A stretch of DNA of 248,000 nt from Wallemia ichthyophaga EXF-994 (taxonomy: Eukaryota > Fungi > Basidiomycota). How positions within the stretch are numbered: position 1 is the stretch's first letter; each line of letters opens with the position of its first letter. The stretch lies in assembly GCF_000400465.1 (NCBI RefSeq), contig NW_008806283.1, positions 20,001 to 268,000 on the forward strand. The letters run 5' to 3'. Both the position numbers and the translations under genes were made by a program. The notes under the pieces were generated by a model that did not search any database, had not been told where the DNA came from, and was given only the letters and a program-made list of their open reading frames with translations. Below, in pieces: positions 1-12,990 of this stretch.

Positions 1-927
1 CTAGTTGTGTACGGACGCGAGCTTGTCGTTTCTCGCGCGGCTGACCGAGTAGCGAGATTCACATTTGGAGAGCTGTGCGATAGTGTGAGTGGGTGTTAGG
101 TGTCGGTACTCCCCCTATCTAACGAGACAACAACACAACAGCCACTTGGACCCGCCGATTACTTAGCGCTGTCGTGTGCGTTTCACACGCTTATCGTCGA
201 TGATATACCTGTTTTACATCTTGCACAAAAAAACCAGGCGAGACGGTTCATTACCCTCATAGACGCTCTCTACGAGGCAAAATGCAGGTTAGTGGGATGG
301 GCAGAAGATGACATTACGTCGCTCTTCTTTCCCCCGTCGACGAATAACAAGCACGCAGACGCACGCGACTCGTTAGCGTACGAGAGTGTTTCTGAAGGTA
401 TAGAAGCGCAGTCAGCCCCACATGTCGCTAGTGCTGGCACCGTGAGTGATCTTTTGCCTAAATTTACCCAGACCACCACGCAGCTCGACGGTTTGGGTAT
501 ACTCTCGGGCGAGGATGAGAAATTCGCTTACAGACGGGCTGTTTCGAGATTGAGTGAGATGCGCTCACACAGCTACCTCACTCAACACCCCAATCGGTGG
601 ATCAGCTTGCCCGCGTCGAGTAGAGTGTGGGAGAGGAGTGTTAATGTTACGCGGAGTGTGGCGAATGTGGGGCAGACTAGTAGCACAATGGCACACCCAG
701 CACATTGCGATTTCAGCGACGAATACAGCAATCCCGCTGGCATGTCTCAGCGCAGAAATGCACCAGTCTTCTCGGATAATCACGTCTGGGGCGTGAGAGA
801 TGATCACGGGATGGCGTCGGGAGCGTGGGGCATGGGCAGTAAGGCGTTCGAGAACTCGGATGGCGCGAGAGTGGAACGAGCACGACGCGAACATAGGAAA
901 AGTCAGCGGATGGCTCGGAGAAAATGA
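1..927 (+). CDS. AFG1: AFG1/LACE1-like ATPase, 3' part
   Basis: FHTLIVDDIPVL..KNQARRFITLIDALYEAKC and FAYRRAVSRLSEM motifs; 5' end lies outside the window. Confidence 0.8.
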
Positions 928-1002
928 ATAAATATGATTGCATTAGTACAACAAGTGAGTGTGAATTGTGTAGTTCTATTGATGGGTGGTTGGTATACAT
1001 GA

Positions 1003-1926
1003 TCACGCTGTGGTCATGGCAGACTGATTCCACCAGTCGCCAGCTGAGGCAGGTGTGGGTGTGCTGCTAGAGTTGACATCCACAGTATTTTTCTTCTTGC
1101 CGCCATTGTTGCTTTTCTTGCCACTTGAACCCTTCTTGCCGCCCTTCTTGGCCTGGAATATCTTAGCTTGTCGAGCAAGAGTAGCCTCCCAGAGGGACTG
1201 GTATCGCTTGTAAACTTCCATCGTAGCCTGTGCATCTATCACAGAGCTGTGTTCGTTCTCCTGAATGTCAATACCCAATACCAACTTAGCCAGTGCTTTC
1301 AATTTCGGTCTTTTAGTTTTAGCTATAGAGTGGAGCTGCTCGTATTTAGCAGTGTCACGTATAGACAGGGGAGGGTGAGTGAGAAGGAGGGCTTTAAGGT
1401 CGTTAGCGATCGCGTGACCGACGAGAATACGATTGTGGAGTAAATCTGAGACGTGTTTTTGTACGTGGGAGAAGGTGGGTGCTTTCTCAACGTCTTTGAA
1501 TGTCACACCACTAACCCAGGTACGAAAATCAGTCACTTTCTCCACTGGACGGACAAAGGTGTCGTAGATGACAGCACCGTGGTAGTTGACGATGGAGACG
1601 CGTGCGAGAACGCTCTCTTCACCGTCTCTACCCACGCCAACCATTTCACAATCCATTGCTAGATATTTGCCTATTTCTGCCTTAATCCCGGAGACTTGGG
1701 TGGGGAGGATGGATGGCGTAGGTTTAGCGAGAGTGGTGTGTGTAGTTTGTATATCCTGTGTATCGTGTGCATCGTTATCGTAATTCGACATTCTCGTCTT
1801 CTTCTCTGTATTGCTACTACTACTAATACTCCCACTGCGTTTACGTTTTGGGTGGTGGTTCTCACTAGCGACAGGCTTAGGCAGTTTCTTCTTAAGGTTC
1901 AGCCAATTGGACGAGGCTTGACTCAT
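1003..1926 (-). CDS. REX4: RNA exonuclease 4 (DEDDh)
   Basis: [37 protein letters not shown]. Confidence 0.9.
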   Translation of the reverse strand: MSQASSNWLNLKKKLPKPVASENHHPKRKRSGSISSSSNTEKKTRMSNYDNDAHDTQDIQTTHTTLAKPTPSILPTQVSGIKAEIGKYLAMDCEMVGVGRDGEESVLARVSIVNYHGAVIYDTFVRPVEKVTDFRTWVSGVTFKDVEKAPTFSHVQKHVSDLLHNRILVGHAIANDLKALLLTHPPLSIRDTAKYEQLHSIAKTKRPKLKALAKLVLGIDIQENEHSSVIDAQATMEVYKRYQSLWEATLARQAKIFQAKKGGKKGSSGKKSNNGGKKKNTVDVNSSSTPTPASAGDWWNQSAMTTA

Positions 1927-1952
1927 TAATTTTATCGCTCAAATTTAACCGC

Positions 1953-3284
1953 GTGGTCGATGGCCGTAGCGGAGAAGACGCTAACGACGATCAAGTTTCT
2001 CGTGAAAAATGGCCAACAAGGAAATTTCATGTGGGGAATGGGTATTTGAGTAGTTTTAAGCCATTGACACACCCACTCACAGCCACCGTACTCCTCGTAC
2101 ATGCATTTTTACTCGCGAACAAACTCGATAAAACTGCAGCAAGGCTCTTGAAGGAGGTCCAAGGTAGTAGCGAGGTGGAGCTCGATGAGGCTAAACTGGC
2201 TAGCAGCAGGGATGATCCCAAGGGCAACCTGATTGTAGAGGCCGTTGCTGCTAAACTCGATCAGGCGAGGAAGGAAGCTGAGCAAGGCGAAGGCAGTGAC
2301 AGTGACAGTGACAGTGATAGCTCCAGCGACAGCTCCAGTGAAGACGAGAAAGTGAAGAAACCTGCTGCTATCAAGTCTTCACCTGCAAAGACACAGGCAC
2401 CTGCTGCACCAGCCAAAAAGCCAGTAAGCAGCAGCAGCAGTAGCAGCAGTAGCAGTAGCTCCTCAGACAGCTCGGATAGCGAGGATGAGAAGAAACCAGC
2501 TGCGAAGAATGTCTCAGCTGCAACGACCCAGACGCAGACAAAGGCACAGGCGGCACCAGCTAAAAAAGCAGCCAGTGATTCTGATTCTGACTCTGATTCT
2601 GACTCTGATTCATCCAGCGAGGATGAAAAAAAGCCAGCTGCTAAAAAGGTCTCACCTGTGAAGGAGCAGGAGCAGAAAAAGGAACAAAAGCAAGCTAAAA
2701 CAGCCGCAGCTAAGAAAGATTCAAGTAGTAGTAGTAGTAGCAGCAGCAGCTCAGACTCGGATTCAGACTCGGATTCGGACAAGAAAAAGAATGACAAGGT
2801 AGTGGCTGTAACACCCTCTGTACCATCATCTGCCACTAAGAAACGCAAAGCTAGCTCATCTAGCGACTCATCAAGCTCTTCAAGCTCCTCAGACTCAAGT
2901 GAAGATGAAAAAACTGACAAAAACACCACCGTCAAGAAGCAAAAAGTGGACGATAACACGGTCGTAGAGAATAAAGAATCATCAACACCAACATCCAAAG
3001 CAGTCACACAAACAACGACAAGCACCAGTAAGCCACAAGGAAAAGGTCAAAACGATCGCTTCAGAAGGGTTATTGCGGAAGATGTTCAATTCCACGATAA
3101 CAGACTTGCAGATAATTCATTCGAGGGTATTGGTTTGTCAGACAAGGATTTCGGTCACAAGGCAGCTTCCGATCTTGCCCCAACCAAGGGAGCAGGTTTT
3201 AGGAAGGAGAAGAATAAGAAGAAGAGAGGTAGTTATAAGGGAGGTGAGATATATATGGGCAGCAATTCCATCAAGTTTGATTGA
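1953..3284 (+). CDS. SRP40: Nucleolar Ser/Lys-rich phosphoprotein (Srp40/Nopp140)
   Basis: LisH-like N-terminus, S/D and K/A blocks, C-terminal KGAGFRKEKNKKKRGSYKGG..SIKFD. Confidence 0.9.
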   Translation: MVDGRSGEDANDDQVSREKWPTRKFHVGNGYLSSFKPLTHPLTATVLLVHAFLLANKLDKTAARLLKEVQGSSEVELDEAKLASSRDDPKGNLIVEAVAAKLDQARKEAEQGEGSDSDSDSDSSSDSSSEDEKVKKPAAIKSSPAKTQAPAAPAKKPVSSSSSSSSSSSSSDSSDSEDEKKPAAKNVSAATTQTQTKAQAAPAKKAASDSDSDSDSDSDSSSEDEKKPAAKKVSPVKEQEQKKEQKQAKTAAAKKDSSSSSSSSSSSDSDSDSDSDKKKNDKVVAVTPSVPSSATKKRKASSSSDSSSSSSSSDSSEDEKTDKNTTVKKQKVDDNTVVENKESSTPTSKAVTQTTTSTSKPQGKGQNDRFRRVIAEDVQFHDNRLADNSFEGIGLSDKDFGHKAASDLAPTKGAGFRKEKNKKKRGSYKGGEIYMGSNSIKFD

Positions 3285-3305
3285 GTGTAGTGGATTGTAA
3301 TCTAT

Positions 3306-4748
3306 CTATCTATACTGGGTATAAATGGCTATAATGAGTGCAAAGAGTGCGACGATTGCGATAAAGACACCACGGTTGAGGATACGTTCCAATGGCACCA
3401 ACTCCATAACCATGGTAGGTAGAAGGGTGTAACAAGCAGTGAGGAGGACGTGCAGGGCGCGGTAGGTGGTGAAGAGCAAGTTGTGCGTAGACTGCTTGTA
3501 TAGCACAACGATACTCTTAAACGCTACAGCGAAAAAGTGGTAGAAGAGGAGTAGTGGTTGGGGAGTGACAGCGCTGAGCAGTCCGACTGGCCCATTGACG
3601 CACTCACCGCCTTGCAAAAAGTACTCAAAGCAACCCTGACGCAAAACCTTCAAATTCTCGTTATCACCGCTAAATAAATCGTAAAGCGCCATACTGAGAG
3701 TGTTCACAGTACCAGCCGTTGAGCGTCTTTGTGAATCCCAGTTTCTGAGACACCTATGAACGTCTTCCCAATTCCTCAAATCAACACCACGTAGCTCGGT
3801 AGAGAGAGTGTGCACATCTGTCAATGCACACGTCATCCCACCGCCAGTTAAAGGGTGGCGTTGGTTGTGTGCGTCACCCATAAGGACAGTACCACGTCGT
3901 GTATGGCTGCGCTGGGCCGAGGGGCGCATGTAAGTGTTAGGCATAATGCGTAGGCGTTGATCAGGGTCAGCTAGAGCATTCAAGAGGGGTTGCTGGACGG
4001 ATTTGGGGAGATATGGGAGGATATGGGAATGGATGTGTGCTGGTAGCTTTGAAGTGGAGGGACGATCACCGCGGACATCCATCAGAATGCGCACGTCGTT
4101 CTCGCCTATCTGGTAGAGGAGAATGCATGCGTGATCGTCGCCGAGGATGACATTGCCGTGGTGGTGCATGGGGAGTTGACAGTCGTGGAGAATCAAACCG
4201 ACGAACCAGGAGCAGGTTCTTGGAGGATTAAGCTTCTTTAAAGCGGATTTGCGGAGGTTAGAGAAGCAGCCGTCAGCGATGAAAGTGAGCGGGGCAGTGA
4301 ATGATTGTGAATCTGAAGTGATAATACCGGTGACAACATCGTTATTGATGGAAAGCGATTTAACAGTGGCTTGTAGAGTTTGTACACCTTGCTGTGACTT
4401 TGAAATTCTTCTCAATTGCTGTATAAATCTGCCATGATGAAATGATCTTCCTTGGTGGGGAATTGGGTACGGGATTGGAACTTGGTGGTTGTTGTAAATG
4501 ACGCAGTAACCGAGTACTGGGATGCTATCAATACCCTCTAAAGCTTGTTTAAACCCGAGTTTATCTAAAGCTACAACGCCACCTGGCTGGAGTAATTCAC
4601 CAACAATTCTATCTGGCTCTGACCAATCACGTTCAACGAGCAAAACACTGTTACCCTCTCTAGCCAACGCAGCAGCTAGAGGAGGACCAGCGATACCAGC
4701 ACCAACGACGATTGCGTCGAATGACATATGATGGTGGTTGAAGATCAA
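3306..4748 (-). CDS. ERG1: Squalene epoxidase
   Basis: GAGIAG FAD motif, DRIVGELLQPGG, GDAHNQRHPLTGGGMT. Confidence 0.95.
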   Translation of the reverse strand: MIFNHHHMSFDAIVVGAGIAGPPLAAALAREGNSVLLVERDWSEPDRIVGELLQPGGVVALDKLGFKQALEGIDSIPVLGYCVIYNNHQVPIPYPIPHQGRSFHHGRFIQQLRRISKSQQGVQTLQATVKSLSINNDVVTGIITSDSQSFTAPLTFIADGCFSNLRKSALKKLNPPRTCSWFVGLILHDCQLPMHHHGNVILGDDHACILLYQIGENDVRILMDVRGDRPSTSKLPAHIHSHILPYLPKSVQQPLLNALADPDQRLRIMPNTYMRPSAQRSHTRRGTVLMGDAHNQRHPLTGGGMTCALTDVHTLSTELRGVDLRNWEDVHRCLRNWDSQRRSTAGTVNTLSMALYDLFSGDNENLKVLRQGCFEYFLQGGECVNGPVGLLSAVTPQPLLLFYHFFAVAFKSIVVLYKQSTHNLLFTTYRALHVLLTACYTLLPTMVMELVPLERILNRGVFIAIVALFALIIAIYTQYR

Positions 4749-4834
4749 CTACCACGGCATGTGAGTTGTGTATTTAGATAACAAACCAAATTGATTAAAA
4801 AACTTCAAGGTCAGAAATTAAACTAGAATCTTTA

Positions 4835-5599
4835 TTGGATTTATTAAGAAGATTACCTCCGCAGAAGATAGAAAGTAATTTGGGTGATTTGACAAAGTTA
4901 CTTAACGATGATTTGGATACACAGGATGAGTTTTTAGGTTGCGTGGATAAACCTTTAGAAGTACGCGTAGATAGCTCAAACAGACAATACCTCATTTGCG
5001 ATTACAACAGAGACGGTGACAGCTATAGGTCACCTTATACCAATCAATACCTTCCTCGCCTTACTGATGGCAGTCTCCCTTCCCCGCAACTCCGTCAACT
5101 CGAACAAGGATTGAATCAAGCTTTTGAGACATACAGAGACATGTACTTTGAAGGTGGCTTATCTTCTGTCTATCTTTGGGATTTGGATGGTTCTGCTAAC
5201 TTTGCAGGCGTTATTCTCATCAAGAAGGAGGTAGACGACGGCTGCTGGGATAGCGTACACGTTGTTCAAGTCAGTACACACGGTAGAGAATCCAATTACA
5301 AGTTGACTACGAGTGTTATATTGTCTTTAAGCGATGCTGATTCTAATCTTAGCGGCAGTCTCACCAGACAATGCGAAATTAACTCCTCGATCCCTTCAAG
5401 CTCATCGCATATCGCAAACATCGGCAAACTCGTTGAAGAGCATGAGAGGGGTATTAGAAATAGCTTGGCTGAGGTTTACTTGGGTAAAACAAAAGATATT
5501 CTTAACCTTTTGCGTATCTTTAATGGCAGAGGTGAGGAGAGTAGGAAGTTATCCCTACAACACGAGTTATTAGGCAGGTTGAAGAATAAATCTACTTGA
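4835..5599 (+). CDS. CAP2: F-actin capping protein beta subunit
   Basis: DLLRRLPPQ, CDYNRDGDSYRSP, YFEGGLSSVYLWD. Confidence 0.95.
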   Translation: MDLLRRLPPQKIESNLGDLTKLLNDDLDTQDEFLGCVDKPLEVRVDSSNRQYLICDYNRDGDSYRSPYTNQYLPRLTDGSLPSPQLRQLEQGLNQAFETYRDMYFEGGLSSVYLWDLDGSANFAGVILIKKEVDDGCWDSVHVVQVSTHGRESNYKLTTSVILSLSDADSNLSGSLTRQCEINSSIPSSSSHIANIGKLVEEHERGIRNSLAEVYLGKTKDILNLLRIFNGRGEESRKLSLQHELLGRLKNKST

Positions 5600-5637
5600 T
5601 TTTAAAAATCCTATGTAAAAATCACATTCATTTCTCA

Positions 5638-5958
5638 TTATACACCCTGCTCATGCCTTTCTTTAGACATTCTATGGACATATGTTGTGGAAATGATGTT
5701 GACTAGGCAAGTTTAGCATATAAATCGCTTCAATGCACACCACTCACATGCCTCCATATACCTCTGCATACAGTTGTTTAAACAGCCTTCTTCACCACTG
5801 GATAACGCATTGGATGGCTTCAGTATACATTTACTGTAACATTGATTGTTCATATTATTTATCAATTGTTGAGCATTAGCTAAGGCGCTTGCTTGCTGTA
5901 TTTCATCCTTCATTTTATTCACATCTGGCTGCTTTTTTGAGGCACCGAAGAGCGACAT
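5638..5958 (-). CDS. TIM13: Small Tim chaperone (twin CX3C)
   Basis: ALANAQQLINNMNNQCYSKC..CLNNCMQRYMEA; second exon read manually. Confidence 0.8.
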
Positions 5959-5986
5959 GGTGGTGTATGAATAAAGAAGTTTATCT

Positions 5987-6840
5987 TCACCAATTAACTC
6001 GATTTCCACTAAGCGTCTCACCTGGACTGTTTACTCTCTCTGGAGGCGTCTTTGGGAGCTTATTCACTCCCCATAATCCAGCACTGCCCGTTCTTTCCAT
6101 CAAGTTTATAGATTTTGGTTGAATTTTTGACCTCATTGAGGTATTCTTGTTGAGTTTATCGTTTGTTTCTTTGATAAGGTCTGAAATTAGTGTGTTGTAT
6201 GTTGTATTGTCGTTCTTTAAGCTGTCCAAGTGCTCGAGGTTGTAAGTGAGTTGTGCGTTGATTGAGTGTTCATGTGCTTGTAGATTATCACGCATCTTCA
6301 CCAGCACACCCACATTAACCAAGTTAAGTGTATTCAAGTCCACTCTATCTATCTCATCTGAAACACCTTCAATATCAATATCTGGATCTTTACCTAGTTG
6401 TGGCTGTGTCTCAATTGGTTTAATTGGTAAAATCTTCTCATTTGGGTTTATTGATAATTGTAATGGTGGCAACTTGTTCAAACCAATCTCATCCAAATTT
6501 AAAGGTTTCCCCAATGTTTGAAGGTATTGTCTACGCGTGAGCGAGTAAACGAATTCAAGTGGATTTGGTGGGTGGGTTGTGTGTAGCTGTGTATAAATAC
6601 TTCTTGCACTATTTGTTGTAAGAATCTGGCTATTAAAATCTACTTGTCTTTCTGGAATAACTTGTAACTCGGGTGATTGCAAATCCAACTCCAAATCAAC
6701 GTCAACTTGGTCTCCAAAATCTCCAAAATCATCTCCAAAGTCGTTTTCCTCAAAATCTTTAAATTCTTCGGAAGTCTGGCTCATTTTGGTGTAAATCGAC
6801 TCTTGAATCGTGACGGTGACTAGCTGGCTGACTGGCATGT
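5987..6840 (-). CDS. Hypothetical coiled-coil protein
   Basis: Long ORF, no recognised motif. Confidence 0.5.
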
Positions 6841-9800
6841 CAGAAATAACAAATCTAAATTCTTTAATAAAGGTGGATAGTGATGGCGGTGTTTTGTGTC
6901 CCAATTTAGACGATATACACGCTTTACTCCAATCAAGATTTCGCGTAGATCTCCCTTTCACGAAGCTAGGATCATCTACGCTGATATCTGTAAATCCCTT
7001 GAAGCAGCTTCAATCTTACAACGCTCAATCTCAAATTGAGTATAAGCAGAACACTTATCTCCCTAGCCACTCTATTCTTCAGCCACACGCCTATGATTTG
7101 GCTAGCAGGGTTTTACTATCCTTGAAGCGCAAAGGTGTCAGCCAGGCTGTTATTTATGAGTGGGTGGTAGTTTTTGGCTGTTGGTTGTTGCGTATTCTGA
7201 CTCCTCTTCAAGTGGTCTCGCTGGTTCTGGTAAATCATACAACAAATCGCTCATAACCAATCAACTTCTATTTCTATCCAATAACTCTTTAGGATCTAAT
7301 CAGCTGATTGAAAAGATTAATTCTCTCCACACTATCATCAGCTCGTTCGGTAATGCTAAGACTAGCCTCTCTTCAAATGCCACCAGGCATTCCCTTCTCC
7401 ACGAACTACAATTCTCTAAAGCTGCGAAACTTATTGGCTCTAAATCCCTCCTTTTCAACCTTGACAAATCTAGAATTGGTCATTTGGCTCCTGATGAGCG
7501 CTCGTTCCACGTCTTCTATCAGTTCCTCGCAGGTGCTCCACCCAACCTCCAAGAACTCTATGACTTACAAGATCCAAGCTCATACGCTATGTTAGCTTCC
7601 AGTGGCTGCTTCAAACTCCCCTTTGGCCCTTTCTCTGATGACCACGCTGGCTATAACGCTCTCTATGATGCTTTCATTACTCTGGGTTTCAGGCAAAAAC
7701 ATATAAACTCTATTTGGAGCGTGATTGTCGCTATTCTAACTCTTTCTAATATTGAATTCATCGATACTGAATCGAGAGACTCTTCTGCCACCGTTCTGTC
7801 AACCCATGAACTTCAACTTGTGGCCCATTTACTCGGCATTGAGCCAGATGAACTCGAGGTTTTACTCGTCAATAGAAGCTTCTATGTAAAGAAAGACATA
7901 AGTACCCACCTCCTTGACTCAGCCGGTGCTGTACGCCAACGCGATCACCTCATCCAAGATCTTTATGCTATTTTATTCACTTATATCATTGAATCTGGCA
8001 ATCACAAGCTCGTTAATGACAAAAGTGCCTTGCAGATTCTTCAATTAGATATTCCTGGTTTTAACAGCAAATCACCCACAAATTCAATCATGTCGAGACA
8101 TTCATACCCACTCATCAACTCACAAACGTGCAATTTCAACGATTTCACTATCAACTACTCTTCTGAACTCGTCAATGCTTATTTGATGAGAAGAGTGTTC
8201 GATGATAGCAATTCTTACAATGGTATCCAAATCAACGATGGTTTGCAATTTCTTGATAAGTACCATGATGCTACTACCAGCGACGCTCTCCATTTGTTAC
8301 GTGGCTCTCCCACTTTTCCCACTTCTCATCCTCCTCCAGGGAAGCCTTTGGGTGTCTTAGGGCTCCTCAACCAGTCAGGAAGGCAGATTATGAGTGGAGC
8401 GCTGCTTGAGAATAGAGCTGACGATGCATTTATCGCCTCATTAAACAATAACTTCCACTCTCATAAAGCATATGAATTCAATCCACCAGGATATGGCAAC
8501 CCACCCACTTCACAATTCACCATTAATCACTGGGGAGGAAGTGTTAGCTACGAGGTGCATGAGTTCATCCACCGCGATCAAGATAGGTTGGATCCGATGA
8601 TAGTATCAACTCTTCGCTCATCGAGTAATTCATTCATCAGCAAACTGTTTAGTGGTCCCTCCATTTCCATCAAGATGCATCCAGTTGACGAGGAGACAAT
8701 AGCAGACTCACAAATCTCCACTGCACCATTGAGGGAAGTGTCTTCAATAAGCCATCCCGTCGATGGAGGACTATCGCAATCAACTCAGCACCAACTCAGC
8801 AGCCACGACATACACCCCGTCTCCACCCAGCTCGATTCGACGTATGGCGGCATACTGAATGCCTTTGACAAATGTCAGATGTGGAGTGTTCTCTCACTCC
8901 GTCCGAACGACAGTGGCTCAGCGAATGCCATCGACAAGCGCAGACTGCGCTGGCAGCTGGAGCGATTGCGAGTGGGCGACATTGTTGAACGTAGGCGCTC
9001 CGACTACGTTTCTCACTACCCCTTCGAAACATTTTGCACACGCTATATTTCAGGCGAGGCGGTGGATGATCCAGACATCGCTAGAGTGGCTGCACAGACG
9101 TATCTCACTGAGAACGATTTCGGCGAAGGGCTCGATTATGCACTGGGCAATGAGTGCGTGTGGCTTAGTTACGCTGCGTGGAAGATACTCGAGGATGGAA
9201 TACGCGAAGGGGAGCATGACTACGACTATGAGGAGGAGGAAGAGGACGGGCGTGATAGCTTTGGCGAAGCGCCCAAGGAAATGGCAGTCGATCCTCACTC
9301 CCACTCCAACACGCGCGCTTCAACTAACTTTGTCCCGATGAATGCGGCCGTTACTCCAAACACACCTCAAACTCCGCACGATGCGGACGGCTACGCATAC
9401 CCCTTCCCCCAAAGCGGCTATGCGCCCGTCGACGAGCACACGCCGTCGTACGCGAAGCAGGAGTTCGCAGACGCCCAGACGCCCGGGCTGCAGTATGAGT
9501 GGGGAAGCGATAAAGGGGAGACTATGAGCGAAAAGAGCGACAAGTCTGGCGCAGATTCCTTCGTCGCACACCGTCAACACGACGTCCAGAAAGCGCCGCG
9601 CAGCCCTTCGAGACGCTTCTGGGTAAAGCTCGTCTGGGCGTTTACCTGGTTCGTCCCGTCGCTCCTCCTAACGCATGTGGGCAGGATGAAGCGTCCGGAT
9701 GTGCGTTTTGCATGGCGCGAGAAACTCACTCTGTGTATGCTCATCGCACTTTTTTGCGGCGCTGTCCTCTTCTATATTATCGGCTTCGGGAAGGTCCTCT

Positions 9801-12800
9801 GCCCTAATTATAACAAGGCGTGGAGTGATGGCCAGCTAGGATCGCATGCGTCAGACGATGACTTCTGGGTTGGTATCCAGGGTTCAGGTAGGTGCAGAAG
9901 GTACTAAGCTAAACTCGCTCAACTAACTCAAACCCTCCTCAGTCTACGATATCTCCGACTTCTGGAGGACTAAACACTCGGACATAGAGTCACGCCCTGT
10001 TACATCGGAACAGATGAAGCAGCTCGGCGGGCGCGACCTCACTGATTACTTCCCTCCACCACTCGAATGGGCTTGCGAGGGTCTGACGGATGGTGACATA
10101 CCCAACTACGATCCCGGAAGCAGACTACTTGCCGTCCCAACTGCCGACCATAGCTCAGGAACCGAGTACGAACTCAATGAAGACTCAGCACTCCAGTCGT
10201 CCACCTGGTACCCCGATAACTTCCTTCCCAAGATGAAACCCATGTACAAGGGTTTGTTTGTGATTCAGAAGGAGGACGTACAGGAGGACGGCTTTAAGCG
10301 TGACAAGCAGAAGGCTATGTATGACGGCGGGGTTTACGACCTAAGTGCATACCTCTCCACCGTCAAGTACTACTCTTCGACGAATGATGCTGTGCAATTC
10401 ATGGACGAGAGCGTCACCGATCTTTTCAAGGAGAAAGCGGGGCAGGATATTACGAAGGAGCTCAACGAGGTGTTGGACGGCATGGACAACACGCGCGCCG
10501 ATCAGCACAAACAGTGTCTTAAGCGCAGGTACTATCTCGGCGACGTTGATTTCAGAGACACGCCCAGATGTCAGGCGCAGAACTACATCCTGCTCTCCTT
10601 CACCGTATTTCTCTGTTGCATTCTCCTTGTCAAGTTCCTAGCGGCGCTCCAGCTCGGCAGCAAGCGCAAACCGGAGCCACAGGACAAATTTGTTATATGT
10701 CAGGTGCGTGTGGTTTGTGCGTTATGCACCGTGCATTTTGCTAACATATACATAGGTTCCCGCTTACACTGAAGGTGAGGATTCGCTGAAGAAGACGATC
10801 GACAGCTTGGCCGGGTTGGAGTATGACGACAAGCGCAAACTCATCCTCGTAGTGTGTGACGGCAACATTATTGGTGGTGGGAACGACAGAACAACACCGC
10901 GCATAGTTCTCGATATATTCGGTGTCGATCCTGAAATCGACCCTGAGCCACTGATGCTTAAGTCTCTCGGCGAGGGCGGCAAGCAGATGAATTACGGCAA
11001 GGTGTATTCGGGGTTATATGAGTACGAGGGGCATGTTGTACCCTTTATGGTGGTTGTCAAGGTCGGTAAGCCTACCGAGCGGTCCAGACCAGGCAACAGA
11101 GGGAAGCGTGATTCACAGATTCTCGTGATGCGCTATCTTAACAGGGTGCACTTCAGCGCACCTATGTATCCACTCGAGCTGGAGATGATGCACCAAATGA
11201 AAAACGTCATCGGGATCGATCCGAGCTTCTACGAATACATACTCATGGTGGACGCAGATACATCCGTCACGCCAGAATCGGTCAATCGACTGGTTGCACG
11301 ATGCGTTGACGACAGCGCGATTATCGGGATTTGCGGTGAGACGAGGTTGGACAACGAGGAGCAAAGTTGGTGGACTATGATACAGGTGTATGAGTACTTT
11401 ATTTCCCACCATCTAGCCAAGGCGTTCGAAAGTCTGTTCAGTACTGTCACATGTCTTCCAGGGTGTTTCTCTATGTATCGCATTCGCACTGACGATAAAG
11501 GAAAGCCGCTGATCATCTCGACGCGTGTGATAGAGGACTATGCGGAGAACAACGTGGATACCTTGCACAAAAAGAATTTGCTCTCACTCGGTGAAGATCG
11601 TTACTTGACTACTATCATGCTCAAGTATTTCTCTGCATTCAAGATGAAATTCACCCAGGACGCTATTGCTCACACTGCAGCACCTGAGTCTTGGTCTATC
11701 CTTATGTCACAGAGACGTCGGTGGATCAACTCGACAGTACATAACTTTACTGAACTCATTAACCTTCCTGATATTTGCGGGTTCCTTTGCTTCAGTATGC
11801 GCTTTATCGTCATCATTGATCTTATCTCGACCATTCTATTGCCGGCAACCGTCGTTTATCTCGTCTACCTGATCACGATTGTCGCTTTGGGTCAAGGACC
11901 GTTCCCCATTATCACGATAATCATGTTAGCTGTGAGTGAATAGTTGGAGGTGATGATGGCATTACCTTCTCACTTTAACACCTGATCAACTTCTAACACT
12001 CCTCAGGCCACGTACGGCTTCCAAATCGTCATCTTCCTCCTCAAGCGCGAGTGGCAGTATGTAGGCTGGATGATCATCTACCTGCTCAGCTACCCCCTGT
12101 GGTCTTTCTACCTGCCGCTGTACTCGTTCTGGCATTTCGACGACTTCGGATGGGGTACGACGCGCGTTGTGATCGGTGAGAAAGGGTCGACCAAGATCGT
12201 CGCTACTGACGAAGAACCCTTCGACGAGTCGCAACTCCCTCTCAAGACATTCTCCGACTACGAAACAGAGCTGTACACTAAGACAGGCGGCACTAACCCC
12301 TTTTCCGACAGCCGCGGCATGGCTTCTACTATTAGTGACTTCCAGTTCCCACCGCCACACGCAAGTATGCATATGGGCGGTGGTGGGGGTGCGATGAGTG
12401 CGATGAACGGGATGAACGCCCGTTCTAACACTCCTGCTTATACCAACGCCGGCGATATGCCGCGCCCATACTCAACTTACTCCCTCGCTACCAACAACCT
12501 CGCTCCGAACATGCCGCACATGCAGAACATGCCGAACAATCCGTATGGAGCAGCGTCGGCGTACAACCCCACCATGAGCCACATGAGCATGGGCATGGGA
12601 ATGGGAATGGGTATGAATCCTTATCAGTCAATGTACGGTATTAGCGAGGCGCAGCTGCTGCCACACGCACAGATGCACGCACATACACAAGATCAAGATA
12701 ACTCGCCACACTCCAATTCAGCTGCTTCCAGACCTCCCTCTATGTTCTCGGGCGCGGGGCAGGCTGCATCGGACTTCGGTGCGAGCGTTGCTCCCAATCC

Positions 12801-12990
12801 CATCTCCGACCCCTCGGACGAACAGATTGTCCTCGCTCTCAGACAGTACCTCGCTACTACTCCCCTCATGCAGGTCACGAAACGCACCGCAAGAGATCAT
12901 GTAGCTAAGCGCTTCCCTAATGCCGACGTGGAGGCTAGGAGAGACACTATCAATCACTCTATTGACGCTATTCTCGAAGGTAGAATTTGA
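6810..12990 (+). CDS. Chitin synthase with N-terminal myosin motor-like domain (class V/VII), multi-exon
   Basis: Myosin-head-like region, cytochrome b5-like segment, LGEDRYLTT and QRRRWINS catalytic motifs, DEK-C tail. Confidence 0.93.

Noticed and set aside
2261-3025. 254-aa minus-strand ORF
   Set aside because: Antisense shadow of the low-complexity SRP40 gene.
6810-12990. Split ORFs in chitin synthase and many other genes as frameshifts
   Set aside because: Breaks coincide with canonical short GT..AG introns.
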